Origin: Dehalococcoidia bacterium
GTDB taxonomy: Bacteria; Chloroflexota; Dehalococcoidia; Lucifugimonadales; UBA3495
Direction of reading: 5' to 3'
DNA: 37,703 nucleotides
Assembly (NCBI GenBank): GCA_030740155.1
Contig: JASLXV010000089.1
Span: 1 to 37,703, forward strand
The notes beneath the pieces are model-generated. The model was given only the letters and a program-made list of their open reading frames with translations, did not search any database and was not told the DNA's origin. This document shows positions 36,392-37,703 of this stretch, piece after piece. Each line of letters begins with the position of its first letter. Position 1 is the stretch's first letter. The position numbers were made by a program, and so were the translations under genes.

Positions 36392-36418
36392 ACGCTTGGG
36401 CGAAAGAAGGACGCTATT

Positions 36419-37624
36419 ATGCCTCTGTGTAGTGTGGAGGAGGCCCTAGAGGACCTCAAAGCAGGTAAGTTTCTTATCGTGGTCGACGATGAGAACCGGG
36501 AGAACGAAGGCGATCTGGTAATGCCTGCCGAGATGGTGACTGCGGATGCGGTCAATTTTGTCGTTACCCACGCCCGGGGTCTTTTATGCATGCCCATCTC
36601 CGGTGAAAGGCTGGACGAACTGGACATGCCGCTGATGGTAGCCAGCAACACCTCGATCAAACATCATACCGCCTTTACCGTGTCGGTGGACTACAGGAAA
36701 AACACCACCACCGGTATCTCTGCGAGCGACCGGGCCGCTACCATCCGCGCCATGATCGACCCCAACGCCCGGGCCGAAGACTTCTCTCGTCCGGGTCACC
36801 TGTTTCCGCTGCGTTGCCATCCGGGCGGGGTCTTGGCTCGGGCTGGGCACACCGAGGCAATTGTCGACCTGTGCAAAATGGCGGAATTGAATCCGGCGGG
36901 CGTGGTGTGCGAAATCATGAACGAGGACGGCTCCATGGCCCGGATGCCGGACCTGGAAACCTTTGCCGAAGTCCACAAATTGAGGGTACTCAGCATCACC
37001 CAGATCATCGCCCACCGGCGCCGCCACGAGCGGCTCATCGAGCGCGTGGCGGAAGCGCGCCTCCCCACCAAGTACGGCGAGTTCACCGCTGTGGCCTACC
37101 AGAGCGCGGTGGATGCGGGAGAGCACATTGCGTTGACCATAGGCAAGTGGGAGCGGGACCAGCCGGTCCTGGTCCGAATACACAGCGAGTGCCTGACCGG
37201 GGATGTTTTGGGCAGCCTCCGATGTGATTGCGGAGACCAGATAGACATGGCCCTGAAAATTCTGGGCCAGGAAGGGGCCGGCGTCTTTCTATACATGCGG
37301 CAGGAGGGCCGGGGCATCGGGCTGCACAACAAGATCAAGGCTTATTCGCTGCAAGACGGCGGCCTGGACACGGTGGATGCCAACCGGTCCCTGGGGTTTG
37401 AACCGGACCTGCGCCACTACGGGATCGGCGCCCAGATAATCCGGGACCTGGGAATCAGCAAGCTACGCCTGCTGACCAACAACCCCCGTAAGGTGGTTGG
37501 CCTCTCGGGCTTCGACCTGGAGATTGTGGAACGGGTGCCGGTTGAAGCCACGGTTAACGACGAAAACCGAGGCTACCTCCAGACCAAGCGAGCGCGGATG
37601 GGGCACATCATCAGTAGTTGCTAG
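36419..37624 (+). CDS. ribBA: Bifunctional DHBP synthase / GTP cyclohydrolase II
   Basis: DDENRENEGDL, TTGISA.DRA, PGHLFPL, GHTEA, VRIHSECLTGD.LGS.RCDCG, QEGRGIGL, LLTNNPRK. Confidence 0.96.
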   Translation: MPLCSVEEALEDLKAGKFLIVVDDENRENEGDLVMPAEMVTADAVNFVVTHARGLLCMPISGERLDELDMPLMVASNTSIKHHTAFTVSVDYRKNTTTGISASDRAATIRAMIDPNARAEDFSRPGHLFPLRCHPGGVLARAGHTEAIVDLCKMAELNPAGVVCEIMNEDGSMARMPDLETFAEVHKLRVLSITQIIAHRRRHERLIERVAEARLPTKYGEFTAVAYQSAVDAGEHIALTIGKWERDQPVLVRIHSECLTGDVLGSLRCDCGDQIDMALKILGQEGAGVFLYMRQEGRGIGLHNKIKAYSLQDGGLDTVDANRSLGFEPDLRHYGIGAQIIRDLGISKLRLLTNNPRKVVGLSGFDLEIVERVPVEATVNDENRGYLQTKRARMGHIISSC

Positions 37625-37646
37625 CGCCGGGCCTTTCCGCGATAGG

Positions 37647-37676
37647 CCCGTCTATTTGATAACCCGTCTATTTGAT
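37647..37676. repeat. 14-bp direct repeat
   Basis: CCCGTCTATTTGAT at 37647-60 and 37663-76. Confidence 0.7.
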
Positions 37677-37680
37677 GACA

Positions 37681-37703
37681 GTAGGGGCGACCGGCCGGTC
37701 GCC
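37681..37703. repeat. GTAG-type REP element, truncated by the window end
   Basis: GTAG followed by the palindrome GGCGACCGG-CCGGTCGCC. Confidence 0.65.

Overview
High-GC bacterial chromosomal segment. The gene complement and style suggest Chloroflexota/Dehalococcoidia (SAR202-like); this is an inference, not a database result. Most of it is housekeeping or accessory genes: a speD-like/speB/M50/iscS cluster, a Gld-like ABC system, cinA, a coaE-CbbQ/NorQ-Nudix-VWA operon, rimI, groES-groEL, selA, an ECF sigma/anti-sigma pair and ribD-ribE-ribBA. The main discovery is a gene the ORF track breaks up. 24701..25345 (+) reads as one 214-codon MerB (organomercurial lyase)-like protein with two in-frame TGA codons at the positions of the two catalytic cysteines of MerB. 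Each TGA is followed by a hairpin with a GGUC apical motif resembling a bacterial SECIS, so this is probably a double-selenocysteine lyase. It is followed 12 nt later by a TcuA-like flavoprotein gene, and selA lies about 2.5 kb away. Other observations: an ECF-type promoter motif present twice with identical spacing (one copy inside the 3' end of the sigma gene), an EndoQ-like gene interrupted by one in-frame TAG, an alpha/beta-hydrolase lacking its nucleophile, two gene remnants and several short palindromic repeat elements. All family assignments come from motif recognition by eye.
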